A DNA stretch of 64,000 bases from NCBI RefSeq assembly GCF_000143415.4, contig NW_003314268.1, positions 2,620,494 through 2,684,493 of the forward strand, read 5' to 3'. A program made the translations under genes and the position numbers. Each line of letters opens with the position of its first letter. Within the stretch, counting starts at the first letter, position 1. Source of the stretch: Selaginella moellendorffii. Its lineage: Eukaryota; Plantae; Lycopodiophyta. Below, piece after piece: positions 11,234-26,854 of the stretch. The notes below the pieces were generated by a model. The model was not told the DNA's origin and searched no databases. It was given only the letters and a program-made list of their open reading frames with translations.

Positions 11234-12785
11234 CCAGTTCGAGCTGTTCGAAGGCCACGCATGAACGTTGGAAGGCAAGCTTTCTCTGGAATCCTGCTTT
11301 TGCAGATTCGACATGAGCACGTAGAGCGCCGAGTCCCATGGTTCCATCTCCAAGAGTTTCTCTGCGGCACGATGCAGCATCGATGTTCTTGCCGCTGCCA
11401 TGAACTTTGCAAGCGCTGATCAAGCTCTTCCACGCGAGGAAATGCGGCTGGAAGGGCATCACCAGCAGCAGACCTTCGGCCTCGGCAACCAGCCCGGCTC
11501 GTCCCAGCACTGCCATCGCCTGGAAGTGAATCACATGGAGAAATGCTGTACTCGGCCACCATAGATCGAAAGTAGTTGAGTGCCACTCGGAGCTTCCGCA
11601 AGTCAGGAGAATCGCCTGGAAACTTATCTCGTTTCTCGTCTCGCCCTCCATCGCCATGCTGTCAAAAACTCAGCGTGGCCATTCTGTGCGCAGCCATGGA
11701 TCATCGCGTTCCGCGGCACAATGGAGAAGATGTTCCCAGCCTGCAAGAGATTCCCCCTTTGAGTGCTCGCGGCAATCCAGCTCGCTGTGTCTCTCACCAG
11801 CATGGCCGCGAAGAGCTCCCGCGCTGGACGAGGGCAATTGCTCTGGATGTAAGCTCCCAGCGTGTTTCACGCGACGCTATCATGCTGTGGCATTTGGTCG
11901 AACAAGATGGCACCCGTGCAAAGCAATTGACGCCACCATTGCCGTCTAAGCGACGTGATCGCGCTGTGGCATCCGTGCAAACATCTTCATGGCTTCTTCG
12001 AGGTGGCCGTGGTTGGAGTAGGCCAAGATCATGTCAGTCCACACCACGTCGCCGGGGAGGTCGATCGAAGAAAATGCGAGCTTCTTCGAGCTGGTTTCTC
12101 TCGGCCAGTGTTGTGATATTGTCGACCACGATGCAACGTTCTTCTGTGGCACATTTTACTGAAAAACTCCTTGGCTGTTTCATTATGCTCAAGCTGGGGG
12201 ACAAGAACAGTTCATCCCAGCTCGTTGGTTTCGGGGATTCCCATAAACAAACGTAGCGCGTCGTTAACAAGACCTTTTCTTGCATACCCAGTAACCATAA
12301 CAGCCCAAGAAACTATGTTGTGTTCTAGCATTCCATCAAAGACCCTTGATCCATATGCCCGTTATAAGCATATACTGTAATTAGAGAGTTCCAGAAAACT
12401 ACATCCCATTCTGGAACCTCATCAAACAATGCTCGGCATTCCTCCAAGTTTCCACGGTTTTCACAGGCCGTCATAAAAATCATCCATGCAGAAACATCCC
12501 TTTGTGGCATCTGATCAAATGGCTCTATTTTGCTTCCTCAAGATACCCACTTTGGGCATAAGCGCCAAACAGCAAGTTCCAGGAGAATCTGTTGGGCTCG
12601 TGGATGCTGATAAACACCTGCCAATGCTCGATCCGCGCGCTCATAGAGTTGGATGAGAAGATTTGCGAGGTACCTGCTGGATTAGTGGTGGGTGCTCCCA
12701 AGGATGAGCGCGTGGCGCCTTGACGCAATTCGATGCAAGCTGTGAGAAGTTGCGCGTAGTATGCGCGCTGCTCTAGATCGGCCAC
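11234..12785 (-). pseudogene. PLS-E PPR pseudogene, copy 2
   Basis: Colinear with 2070..3620. Confidence 0.85.
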
Positions 12786-14281
12786 CCGTGGTGAGGCGGG
12801 GGGACTACTGTCCGACCAGCAGGACCGGGCAGCACTGACTGCCGCGTTCTAGAGGCTTGAATCAGTACGTCTGCGTGGTAGTACAGGTGTTTCCCTGGAT
12901 AGAGCTTTGATTTTTCAATGCCACTTTTTCTTCATCTCTCTCCTATTTAAAGGCGCTTTCAAAGAACAAGCCAAACTTTGCAAAACAATCCCTGAGAGGA
13001 AACTATCGATCACAGAGCCGCCATACCAGCGCCGTCCTCGAGGGCATCGGTGGCAGGGAGCGCCTTTGCAACATGGCGAGAACCGAAAACAACACCAAGC
13101 AAGCCTATGAAACAAAGAGTTCAACTTTGTTCTAGTATATTCGAGAGAAGTGATTTGATCTGTGAGGCCGCTTGTATTTTTATAGCTCGAGGCAGCATAC
13201 AATGCTTGAGTGGCCCCTCTTGGGACGGCATCTCTTTGTCCTTTAAAAGTTAGTCGAGGAAGTCGTTCCGTGTTTGTCAATTCCTTTTCTCTTCTGTAAT
13301 GCTGGGACATAGAACAACACAGGAAGTGAAGCTGTGAATCCAGATGAGTAAAGACAACATTTCTAGTTTTTTCACAGTTTATATAATATATGAACTCATG
13401 CATCACCACGCGCTAGATTTCACTGCCACTGGGAAGAACAAAAATCCAAATAAATAGTTGGATCTTAACGATCTTTAGAACAGAAATGTGTGTTTCATTT
13501 CATTCTCGATCGAGAGAGGTTATACGTGGTTGGGGTATGTAATTGCTAAACTTTGTCTTGGACAAATTTGTCTCCACTACTGCGTCATATTTCCATCTTG
13601 TTGCTTTTCCAATTTCATTGACAAAAATATATTTAATATTATATATAATATAAATTTGAGTCTAGATTATATGAAAAAAGTTCCTATATATTAAAAGTCC
13701 ATACGTTGCAGAAAACGCACCATGTTTATCATTGACAGTCTCAGGGCACCAAACACGTGAATAGACTCCAAAACATCTTCGTTCACCTTTTCATGATTCG
13801 AGATTCGTTCCCGTGGTTCTTCGAGGCAATTCTTCAGTGGAGGCCGCCACCCTCGATGGCAGCTGTTGTCATACCCGTACCAATTGCATTGCGCGCAGCG
13901 AAATCCATCCCTCTGAAGCAGCGATGCGCCATCGCCTTGGTGATCCTCCCGACCTCCACTCCCACCGCTAGGTGTGCCTGGGCCTGGTTTTGACGCTCCA
14001 ATCGAGTCTTATTGCTTGCCGATCATTGGAGCAATCGACTGGAAGTCGAGGGACTTGGAGGAAGGAGCAAGGGCAGATTCAGACATTTTATATCAAGGCT
14101 TGGACAATTTATATTTTATTGCTGGAACTCATGCAATGCCATGCAGCATCGCACGATACAGAAAACACGTCATCAGTGTCTTTATTCTTGTTTCCAGACC
14201 CTTGGCACTGCAGAACGATGAAATCAAAGGCAATTACGATGCTGATTCTTAACTTGGCCTTACCCCGTGAAACTAGAGGTT

Positions 14282-14479
14282 TCAGTTGCGCCAGCAGCGA
14301 TTGTTGCGCCAGCTCCAACCCCTCTGGCAACGGTGGCAACTGTTGTCATACCAATACCACCCCGACTGGCAGCGCTGGGCAGCAGCCTTTGCGATTCCTC
14401 CCACGTCCACGCCCATGGCCAGCATCGTCACAAATATGGCGAGTGCCAAAAACAACACGAAGAAAGCCTTGTTCTCCAT
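14282..14479 (-). CDS. Small secreted Cys/Trp-rich peptide, copy 2
   Basis: Differs from copy 1 by M>T and K>R. TATA conserved. Confidence 0.8.
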   Translation of the reverse strand: MENKAFFVLFLALAIFVTMLAMGVDVGGIAKAAAQRCQSGWYWYDNSCHRCQRGWSWRNNRCWRN

Positions 14480-15010
14480 GCTTTGCTGCTTGTTCTATTA
14501 GAGAGAAGTGGTTTGATCTGTGAGGCAGGAGGGGCTCATATTTATAGCTCGAGCCAGCACACAATGCTAGAGAGAGTTGTCGTGGGACGGCATTGCGTAG
14601 TCCTTATCTAATTTGGTTCCGTGTTTGAGAATTTCTTCTCGTTTCTATAATATCTCTCCAACCCTTCAAATGAGGATCACAAATCGCCATGCTAGTTGAA
14701 TATGGGACGGTTGAGATCATGTTAGATCGACGGCTTCGATTAATTAATACGACAGCCAAGATTTTACACACTGTACGGCTCAAATTGGTCCAGAAAGTTT
14801 TAAATGCACGGTCTAGATTGTACAAGAATGACTACTATTCTTCTATTTGTACGAAAATACCATTCGTTTACCGTACACATTAAGTACTTAGCTTTCAGAC
14901 ACTTTAATGCCCTAAGAAAGGGGAAGTAAGCAAGCGCGAGTGTTCTCTGGTAAGCAAGCGAGTTTGAGCTGAAATACTGCGACTTTCTCTGGTAAGCTTG
15001 ATCTCTGACT

Positions 15011-16654
15011 ATGGCTCGCAAAATCTCCACGCCACCGCCCCCGCCGCCTCATCGGGAGCACGCGAGGAGGACGCCGCCGCCCAAACCATCGCCAAAGAGG
15101 GCACCGACAACTTCATCTCCGCCACCAAAGAGGTCTCCACCGGCGCCAGCCAAGAGGCACACAGAGGGACATCACTCACCAGCAAAGCCACCACCGAGTT
15201 CTCCTGAGCATCATGGAGCTGGACATCCACCACCGAGCTCTCCTGAGCATCATGGAGCTGGACATCCACCGCCGAGCTCTCCGCCCACCAAGGAACATCC
15301 AGCAGCAGAGCCAAACAGGCACCATGGACATCGACGAGCTGGTGATGGAGCTGCTACAGGGCCGCCACCTTCTTCTTCGCCGCCCAACAAGGCCGACACT
15401 GTAACCTGGCGACCAAGGAGGGCCGGGCCGTCATCGCCACCACCTTCGAGCATAATGTGGAACCCAAGGTCGCCATCGCCACCACCTTCAAGCATAACGT
15501 GGAACCCAAGGCCGCCATCGCCACCACCTTCGAGCATAACGTGGCAACCAAGGCCCCTTGGCTTGGACACCTCTCCGCCTACGGCGTCGTCAGCACCATC
15601 TTCAGCAGCAGCAGCAGCTGCAGCTGCATTCGTGGCATCACCTGGTGTGCTCGCGGCAGGCATCGTTATGCTCCTGCTCGCACTGGTAGCTATCGTCACT
15701 GGAGTCTGGATACTCTTGAAGAGGAGAAGGAACAAGGTGCACGACCACGACGACATCCTGGTGGAGTATGGCCATCAGCCTAGCGGTGGCAACAGCGGCA
15801 GCAGCAGCAACCAGCGGGAGCACCTCATTACCAAAGTGGAGCCTCGACCATCATCGCAGTTGAATGCCGGCAGGAAGAAGGCGGCTGCTGACCCCCTAAT
15901 TCGCGAGCTCCTGAGGCCACCAAGGCGGCTGCCACCGTCTGCTCTTCCCGCTGGTGCTCGCCACAAGTCTGCATCCGGAAACGATCCACTCTTTCGTGCT
16001 GCTGATCCAGTGCATGGCCAGCAGGGAAGCCGGGGAAACGTCATGATGGAGGATCCTCTCGTCGTCTTTCCTGCGTATGAAGTTGACGAGCAGCCAAGGC
16101 TGTTCTCAGCCACTCCGGAGGATGATCCACTCTTCTCGACTGGTGGCTACTCTCATCATCCAGCAGGCGAGAAAATGGCTGCAAACGAGCTCCCAGTGTG
16201 CATATCATCCCGATGCGACCGGGTTCCAGAGCAGTTTCATGGCCGGGAACAAGGACGAAAGGTGGCGGATCGTTCTGGCACCGTGTTCGATCCTGGAGAT
16301 GTCGCAGCACTGGCAAAGAAGCGGGCTGAGATGGAGAAACAGATGCAGAAGTTCATCATGATGGAGCCCCGCATCCGGCCTTTTTTCCACAGGTTAGTAG
16401 TTTCTGCACTTGAGCTGACTGATGAAGCTGAATCGATCAGGAAGCGCGATGTGGAGAACAGCCCCGAGATCACGAGCGACGAGAACCTCGTCCGGAAGTT
16501 GACAGCCAATGATCCCAAGCGGGTCAAGAGTGATTTGGAGGTGGAGCCATCTGCTCCGGGGCACGCTTCTCTGACAGGTGAAAACGCCGACCAGGTACGA
16601 GCCTTTCTGTATCCTGGTGAATTCTTCCACCTCCGAGAGAGACAGGGAACTTGA
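15011..16654 (+). CDS. Pro-rich single-pass membrane protein, copy 2
   Basis: 547-aa ORF. The indels relative to copy 1 within the main exon (21 and 6 nt) keep the frame. Confidence 0.75.
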   Translation: MARKISTPPPPPPHREHARRTPPPKPSPKRAPTTSSPPPKRSPPAPAKRHTEGHHSPAKPPPSSPEHHGAGHPPPSSPEHHGAGHPPPSSPPTKEHPAAEPNRHHGHRRAGDGAATGPPPSSSPPNKADTVTWRPRRAGPSSPPPSSIMWNPRSPSPPPSSITWNPRPPSPPPSSITWQPRPLGLDTSPPTASSAPSSAAAAAAAAFVASPGVLAAGIVMLLLALVAIVTGVWILLKRRRNKVHDHDDILVEYGHQPSGGNSGSSSNQREHLITKVEPRPSSQLNAGRKKAAADPLIRELLRPPRRLPPSALPAGARHKSASGNDPLFRAADPVHGQQGSRGNVMMEDPLVVFPAYEVDEQPRLFSATPEDDPLFSTGGYSHHPAGEKMAANELPVCISSRCDRVPEQFHGREQGRKVADRSGTVFDPGDVAALAKKRAEMEKQMQKFIMMEPRIRPFFHRLVVSALELTDEAESIRKRDVENSPEITSDENLVRKLTANDPKRVKSDLEVEPSAPGHASLTGENADQVRAFLYPGEFFHLRERQGT

Positions 16655-18757
16655 CGAGGTACGTTTCTTCAAAGGCAATCTCTATAGATGCTACTCTTTG
16701 ATTGCAGGCACTGCAAGAGACAAAACATAAGAACAAGTGAAAAACAAATAGAATGAAGAGCGAAAGCTCGTCATTTATCTGGCTTTCTCTTCAGTCCCTT
16801 CTATGTGCTTGAGTAAGTCACAGGAAGGTCTTCCTGGCCTTTCATCGGGGTACAAAAGTTTAGGAGGAGCCATCGATCATCGATATACAATATCCAGGAT
16901 GATCACAAACTGATTTTGTTAATTTTTATTCTGTTTTTATGAAATCTAAACTATCGATTCTTGAGTCGGTGATAATATTATTGCACTAATAGATATTAGA
17001 CAACACCAGCATTCGTACGGTGGTTTTCTCATGCAACTGAAATCAAATTTCACGGTGGTTTTGGTCGCGGAATGGCCATTTTGATGCGGTGTTTGTCATC
17101 GATGATGTTCTCCCTCGCGTGACTCCCAGATTGTAGGAAGAGCCAAAGGGATGTACATTCCACCAACACCAACATCACAACCGGTTTGTTCTTGACATTC
17201 GTGGCTGTGTTCAAGGATGGGACGATGAGCATGCGCAGGCAACAGCATATTTTTTGAGCTCTCTATGACATGATCCTAGGTGGCAGTAGTGCCACCTCAC
17301 TGTCTCTTGTATTCTAGCTATCCTTGAGTCATCCTTGCCCATTGTAGCTTTTGCATATCTCTTCAATCTTCAATGAAGATTGCAATAATTGCAGGCATTT
17401 TCGGCAATCTTGCTATTTAGTGTTAACTGATCATGTCAAAATTGAACGAGCCAAAAATGTATCTGTATCTCCGAAGTCCCTCTTCTAGCTCAAACTCAAA
17501 GTTTGATAGAACCAAGTCAGTAAAGAACTCTGGAGCATAATATTAGGAGTATATTACGCTGCAAGAATAGTGGTAAATTCTACATCGTCTCTTCTCACTG
17601 GGAGGCTGTTGACAATCTTTTGGGCAATCCAGCACCCAAACAGGTTGATCATGCAGCAGTAGTGATCCGTGACAGGACCAGAAAGTGGTCTATGCTTCAG
17701 CCATCCAATGGGAGGTATTGCCCGTTTAAAATTAATTAATTAATTATTATTTTCTGATATTAAATCTTGTTAAAGTTATAAATATTTGCAGACTATCCTC
17801 CTCTCTATTGCCATTATTTCGAGCTTTTGGGTTATATTATTATCATATAACTTTCTAAAGTTTCCTTAATCTTAGATTTGCAGGAAGTAATCTCTATTCG
17901 TGGTATTTAATAATTTTTTTTAGCTTTACCAATTTTTACTGTCGTTTCATTCTCATTTGCTGCCTAAAAGTTTTCCCAAAACCTTTAAAATTTTATTGTA
18001 GTTTTATTATTAAGCTCCTGGTTTTAGTACTGTTAAAGATCATACTTTTAATACTTAAAAGCCATTCCAGCATTCATTTAAGTAGTGTCTATTCTGTGAT
18101 TTTTAGTTTGAATACAAACCATATTTATAAGCTGGTAGAAATTTAAATAGATAAGGCTGAATGTCAAATACCTTGCAGGAATTATTCTCATCCAATGAGC
18201 CTAACCCTATCTCTTAACCTAGAGAGGACTGCCATGGAATGCAGAAATAGAGTGGAAAAATCCACAGGTCAAACATTATAAACTACTTTGTGGCTTGATT
18301 ATCATCAGCAGGGATGAAGGATGCTTTCTTCATGGAAGAAATCATTTACTTAAGCAAAGAACCAGTAAAGATTCGATTTCAAATAAAGAATTTAGGGTTC
18401 TTCCGGGGCTTCGATCGACGGGGCACACGTCGCTTGCCCCCGGCGCGGGCGATCGCGTCGCAATGCAGTTCGCCAGCGGCAGCAGCGCTGCGAGCAGTCC
18501 CAGATTCAACGTCCCGTTTCGAGAGATCAGGCTGCCAACGCCGAATCGGGGTCCCTCTTCTTGCTTTCGAACCACTGTTCGAAGCAAAGCTCGCAGGATC
18601 GTACGTATGGCCGCTGATTTCTTCTATCTTTGCCTTATTTGAGAATCTCCTCTCTCATTGGGATCGTTCCTTTAGTTCCTGCTTTGCTTTATCCTTCGTT
18701 AGTGAATTTCTTTTCCTTTTTTCTTTTCTTCTTCCTTCAAGCAAAAGCTGGGTGTTG

Positions 18758-20563
18758 ATGGAAGTTGCTTGTGATCGAAGTATTATGGCCTGCGACCAGG
18801 TTTAGCTCATGAAAAAAAAAAAAACAGAGAGAAGAAATCATAAGATAGAAATTTCTCACCTGCATTTGCCAACTTTTCTCTGTGGTTTTTCAGGTCCAGA
18901 CTTCCATAACCAATGAAATCCACGCTGCCGAGTATGAATTCCCAGACGAGGCTTTGCCAACCGACTCCGGCTATCTCCCCATTGACGAGTCGAGCGAGTC
19001 TCGCCTCTTTTACGTTTACTACGAAGCAAGCAAGCCAGACACCGAGCTGGAAATCTCACCGATTATGGTGTGGCTCAACGGCGGACCCGGTTGCTCCAGC
19101 TTAATCGGTTGCTTCTACGAGCTCGGCCCATGGATTGTCCAAGAGAACTTCAGCTTGCAAAAAAATCCAGGAGCGTGGAACCGAAGGTATTGTAGATTTT
19201 TGTTTTCGAAGTGGCTGAAAGTTTCGTTTTGAACACCTTTTTCCTTCCAGGTGTGGGATTTTGTTTGTAGACAATCCAATTGGGACTGGCTTCAGTATTG
19301 CAACGTCGGAGCTCGAGGTTCCAAGGTGCCAGGAAACGGTAGCTCTTCATTTGCACAACGCGCTGTCGACTTTCATGGAGCAAAAGAGCTTTACAAAGCG
19401 TCCATTGGTTCTTGCTGGAGAGAGCTACGCGGGGAAGTACTTGCCGGCTCTCGCTCACCATATTCTGACCAGGAAGAACGGGAATGGTCTGAGCTCTCAG
19501 CTCTCTGGAGTTGCCATTGGAAACGGGTTGATACATCCAAGAACACAGGTATGAAAAAGCTAATATGCTTTGAAACGTTTTCTTCCTCTCTCACTCTTTT
19601 CGGCTTTCGGCCTTGCAGGTGCAAATGCACGCCGAAGTTGCCTTTTGTTTTGGGCTTTTAGACAAGCAGCAAAGCCAATACGTTCAAGAGCTCGCTCGAG
19701 AAGTCGTCGAGCTTATTGATAGGTTGAAAGAATTTTTCTTTTGGTTTGTGTTTCATATCCCCTCTGAGCTGAACTTTTTTATTCAGGGAAGATTGGTTAG
19801 CTGCACACGACCAGAGAACTTACCTTTGCAAGTGGATTGAAACAACGAGCGGCATTCCGACGCTTTTGGATGTAAGACGCTCCTCGAGATACCATCGCCG
19901 AGAGGTAAAAAATCACAGGATTTCCTGTCCCAGTTTCGAGATTATAAAACTTGGACGCAGGATGGAACCGACTATCTGGCAGAGTTTCTGAATCTACCGC
20001 ACGTAAGAACGAGCCTCAAAGTGGATCCGACCGCTCTAAACTTCGCGTGCTGCCGTAAATCGGTGAAACTTCTCATGGCAGAGGTAAGTTCTCCAAGAAG
20101 AAACAGAGACAAACATGGAATGGCTTTGCAGGACACCATGAAGAGCACGAAGTGGATGCTGGAGACGGTCCTAAAGAAGGGGCTGCCAGTGCTGCTCTAC
20201 CAGGGAGTTTACGATGCCAAGGACGGTGCCGCATCCTCGGAAGCTTGGATGCGCTCCCTCAACTGGGAATACGTAGACAGGTTTTGGAAATCGCCCAGAG
20301 AGATCTGGAAAGTCATGGGAGACAAAGCGGGCTACTGGAGGCAAGGCCGGAATCTCACACACGTTGTCATCGCTGGAGCCGGACATGAGGTAGGAGTGGC
20401 AAGAACTTTACTTGATCTTTGCGATCTTCGCAAGAAAAAGAGGATTTTTTTCTCACAGAAAATGTGGTCCAATTCGCAGGTTCCAGCGGATCAACCAGTG
20501 TGCTCTCGCGCCATGATAGAAACATGGATGGCCGGATTAGCGTGCTGGAAAGCAAAGTTATAG
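18758..20563 (+). CDS. Serine carboxypeptidase-like protein (peptidase S10), multi-exon, start uncertain
   Basis: WLNGGPGCSS, FVDNPIGTGFS, GESYAG (catalytic Ser), GVYD (Asp) and GAGHEVP (His). GT-AG introns such as 19187..19250 and 19549..19618. Confidence 0.9.
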
Positions 20564-20633
20564 CGCAAATGTCTTGTTTTGAAATTTAAGGACGCGGGGT
20601 TATTTACAGTGGGGCTTTATCAAGGACACCGGC

Positions 20634-20670
20634 TAGGGTTTTAGGATCTAGAAGTTTCGCCGTAGGGTTT
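20634..20670 (+). promoter_or_regulatory. Two telo-boxes (TAGGGTTT) upstream of HSP60
   Basis: tagggttt at 20634 and 20663, within 100 bp of the ATG. Confidence 0.6.
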
Positions 20671-20731
20671 TAGAGATTTTGAGCTAGGGTTCTTCGTCGT
20701 TGTTGTCTCGGTCGCTCCTCGCCTGCCAAGG

Positions 20732-23423
<2,692 letters not shown>

Positions 23424-23835
23424 GAGACCACTTCTTTCCGTTAGAAAAGAGGGAATAACCAACACAGATTTTAAGAGACCAAGGACGAAAGAGAGGAGAG
23501 TTTTAGGAGACAACGTTTGCAATTTTGATTATAGTTTAATAGCCCGCCTTTATCCCGTGTTGGCACGACTCAGTCTAGGATAGTGGTCTCTTGGAAGTTT
23601 CTTTGGTTGTTTCGTGATCACAGCCTAGGGGTCAAAGATCGCATCTATATAATGGACGCTAGTCCAGAAGAGCTCTGCAGTTCCAGATCGTGTTTTCGTT
23701 CTTCAAAGAGTTTCAGATTTCATCCAGAAAATCTCTCAGAGTTCCAATCCAGAAAAGCTCATCACTCGAAGTGTTCCAGGAGATAGTTCCAGATTTCTGG
23801 TAGTCGTTTTTCGATCATCAACAAGAAGTTCCAAG

Positions 23836-24063
23836 ATGTTTGGCGAGGGGCTGCTTGTTCTTGGGGCGATCCAAGCTCTGCTCGTCTTCGTGACGCTGCT
23901 CTCTTCCAGTCTCCTCCCCTTGCCCCAGAGCCTCCAGCACCGATACAAGATGCTCGATCATTCCAAGTCTCTCAAGCCCTCCTTGTCCAGGGTCATGTCC
24001 AGCGCAGGACTTCCTCAGCTCTTCAGCCCCCGGTCCAAGCGATTCGCTCAAGAGGACATGTAA
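23836..24063 (+). CDS. Small 75-aa protein with N-terminal hydrophobic segment
   Basis: ATG-initiated ORF MFGEGLLVLGAIQALLVFVTLLSSS with TATA ctatataa at ~23645. Fills the gap between HSP60 and RPSA. Confidence 0.5.
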   Translation: MFGEGLLVLGAIQALLVFVTLLSSSLLPLPQSLQHRYKMLDHSKSLKPSLSRVMSSAGLPQLFSPRSKRFAQEDM

Positions 24064-24221
24064 AAAGCATAGAATCCTAGCGTTTGAAGCTCTCTAGATT
24101 TATTCTCTGTTTTTGGTTCACCTCACAACACGAAAAAGCAAAGTTGAAAGAGTAAATTGCTCCCAGGCTTTCATTCTTTCCATACAAAACTTGATGTTAC
24201 TCTGGTTTCTAAAAGCTTGGC

Positions 24222-25493
24222 TCAGTACATTGGTGTTGTCTCAGACCAGCCAGTCGCGGCCGGAGTGCTCTCCCATCCAGCAGCCGCAACTGGAGCAGCG
24301 GCCGCGTCCCAACCTGGTGCGTTTGCAAAGTTTTAGAGCACAAACTGACTAGCAACAAAACCAAAGAAAAGCAAAGAAAGTTGCGAACCTTGTGCGGCAG
24401 CAGGGGGAGGAGCTGCTGCAGCCCATTCTGGAGCAGCGACAGTAGCAGCAGTAGCAGGATCAACAGGAACAGCTGCGGGTGCAGCGGTCGCTTCCCAGGT
24501 AGCCTCTGCGGCAGCACCGTCCCAGGCCGCCTCCGGCACGGACGCGGTCGAGTAAGGCAGTGGCGCAGTCGAAAACTCGTTGTACTCCTGCGGAACAATC
24601 GCGGCTTCCTCGCCCTCCCGGTCCTTGGTCTCATCGGGCTCCCGGTAGAAAAACAAGTCCACCTACGAAAGGAATAGCCAAACAAGTGTGTAAGTTACAG
24701 CAAAAACCACGAGCACGAACAAGTGTAGGTGACAGCGAAAAAACCACCAGCAAGAACAAGAGATGAGCGAAGAAAATAGATCTTACCATGACATCCCACT
24801 TCTGGCTGGGAGCGATGGTGCCGCGCATCTGGAGCACCATCCGAGCGAGCATCCAAAACAAGCACCCAATGCTGTGCTTCCCCTTGTTGTTGGCCGGGAT
24901 AGCAATGTCCACGTACTTCATGGGCGAGTCCGTGTCGCAGAAGGCGATCACAGGGATGTTTCCAAGCGCGGCCTCCTTAATCGGCTGGAAGAACACACAC
25001 ACACAAAACAAAAGAAGGAAACCAATGAGGAAAAAAGTCGTGCTAGATCGAGCGAGCAAACTTACCTGGTGATCTGTGCGCGGATCCGTGAGAATGAGGA
25101 GGCGAGGCTCCGAGAAGGAGTTCTGGAGCTGATTGGTGAAAGTTCCAGGGGTGTGCCTCCCGGCGATGGCCTGCGCGCCAGTGTACTGCGCAAACTTGAG
25201 CACCGCGCGCTGCCCGTAAGGCCTGGCCGACTGCACGATGATATCGTGGGGGTTCTCGATGCCCACAATCACGCGGGCCGCGAGCTGGAGCTTCTCCCAC
25301 GTCTTCCCGACATTGATGATGAAGATGCCTGTGGCACCACAAAGCTAAGATCGCGAGAAGCGACTAGGATCTTACCGTCGGAGCGGCGCTTCCAGACGTA
25401 GCGCTCCATCTGGAAATCGCAGTTCTTGGTGCCCAGATGCACTGCCGAGGCCAGCATCATCTGGATGTCGGCTTCCTTCGGCGAGAGCGCCAT
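24222..25493 (-). CDS. RPSA: 40S ribosomal protein SA (uS2), 5 exons
   Basis: [60 protein letters not shown] and VDLFFYREP, with an Ala/Trp-rich tail. Confidence 0.97.
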
Positions 25494-25508
25494 TTCGCTG
25501 GAGACCTC

Positions 25509-25560
25509 AACCCTAGCGGCTGGTTTAGGGTTGTAGGGATTAAGGCGAACTCTGTGGGCC
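25509..25560 (-). promoter_or_regulatory. Telo-box-like and site II (TGGGCC) elements upstream of RPSA
   Basis: aaccctag, tttagggtt and tgggcc within 70 bp of the ATG, typical of plant ribosomal protein promoters. Confidence 0.6.
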
Positions 25561-25888
25561 GCCGGATCTGGCCAATCGGCACCGTCGGATGGAAGGTAAC
25601 CTGAAAAAGTTTATACATCCTTGTTTAACCCTCTTTGGAGAGGGTTTCAGACGTTTTCTTAGAAATCAATACGCTATTTTCCTTGAAGGCGTGATATAGT
25701 CTCGTAAAGGAATACACCACACAATGCAATCAGTTCTCATCTTTGGCAGCTCTTACGTTGCTGGTGGCAATAGTTGTTTGTTATTTCTGATACTAATTCC
25801 TTTCCAAGGAAGCTTGTCTCACGATGAATCCTGGCCGAAGTCCTTCCTTCTTTCTTGCTTTCATTATTGTCCAAAAGAAAAGAAGTTC

Positions 25889-26191
25889 ATGGAGTGCTTT
25901 CCTTTGCTCTTGCTCCTAGCGGTCTCTCTGGCTTTTGGTTTCACGCATGCAACTCAAATCGAAGGGCTGGAGCTCTACTTCCACGACAAGGTCGATCTAA
26001 CCAATCCCAGCAATTCCACTGTGGCTGTGTTCAAGGATGGGACGATGAGCATGCACGGGCAAGACAGTATCTTTGATAAAGTTCGAGAGGTTGCGGTGAT
26101 TGGCAGCACCGGAGCTTACAGATTTGCGTCAGGGTACGACCTAGAAGCTCATTCCACCGTTTTCGGCAATCTTGGCTTTTACAAGAACTGA
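25889..26191 (+). pseudogene. Dirigent protein with internal deletion
   Basis: Signal peptide, LELYFHD and REVAVIGSTGAYRFASGY. The central FG..V.DD segment is missing. Confidence 0.75.
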
Positions 26192-26854
26192 TCTTGTCAA
26201 AATTGGAGGAGCTTAATAAAAATGCTTCTTCAAGATGCTACGTTTTTAAGAGTTCCTCCAGTTTTTAGTGTGACTCATTTTAATAACACTAAGGTGGGGA
26301 ATTTGTTTGTTGTTTCTGGCGTTGTTAATATCTATTAGTGCAATAATATAGTTTAGATTTCATATGAAAATCAACAAAAAAAACTGTGATCATCCTGGCT
26401 AATTGTATATCGATGATTGATGCCTCCTCCTAAACTTTGGTACCCCGATGAAATGCGAGGAAGGTACGAGGACCTTCCTGTGACTCAAGCCCCTAGAAGA
26501 GAAACCCAGATAACTGACGAGCTTTCGCTCTTCATTCTATTGGTTTTTCAGTTGCTCTATGCCTCCCACAGTGCCTGCAATTAAAGAGTAGCATCTATAC
26601 AAATTGACTTCGGAAAAACGTACCTCGTCAAATTCCCTGTCTCTCTCAGAGGTGGAAGAATTCACACTCGTACCTGATCAGCGTTTTCACCCGTCAGAGA
26701 AGCGTGCCCCGGAGCAGCAAAGAGAGATGGCTCCACCTCCAAATCACTCTTGACCCGCTCGGTATCATTGCCTGTCAACTTCTGGACGAGGTTCTTGTCG
26801 CTCGTCATCTCGGGGCTGTTCTCCACATCGCGCTTCCTGATCGATTCAGCTTCA

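Larger units (their letters stand above)
9382..18185 (+). repeat. Tandem segmental duplication, unit 2
   Basis: Colinear with 1..8985. Lacks 217 bp of the PPR gene and carries ~200 bp extra at ~13470-13670. Similarity ends at ccttgcaggaattat. Confidence 0.93.
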
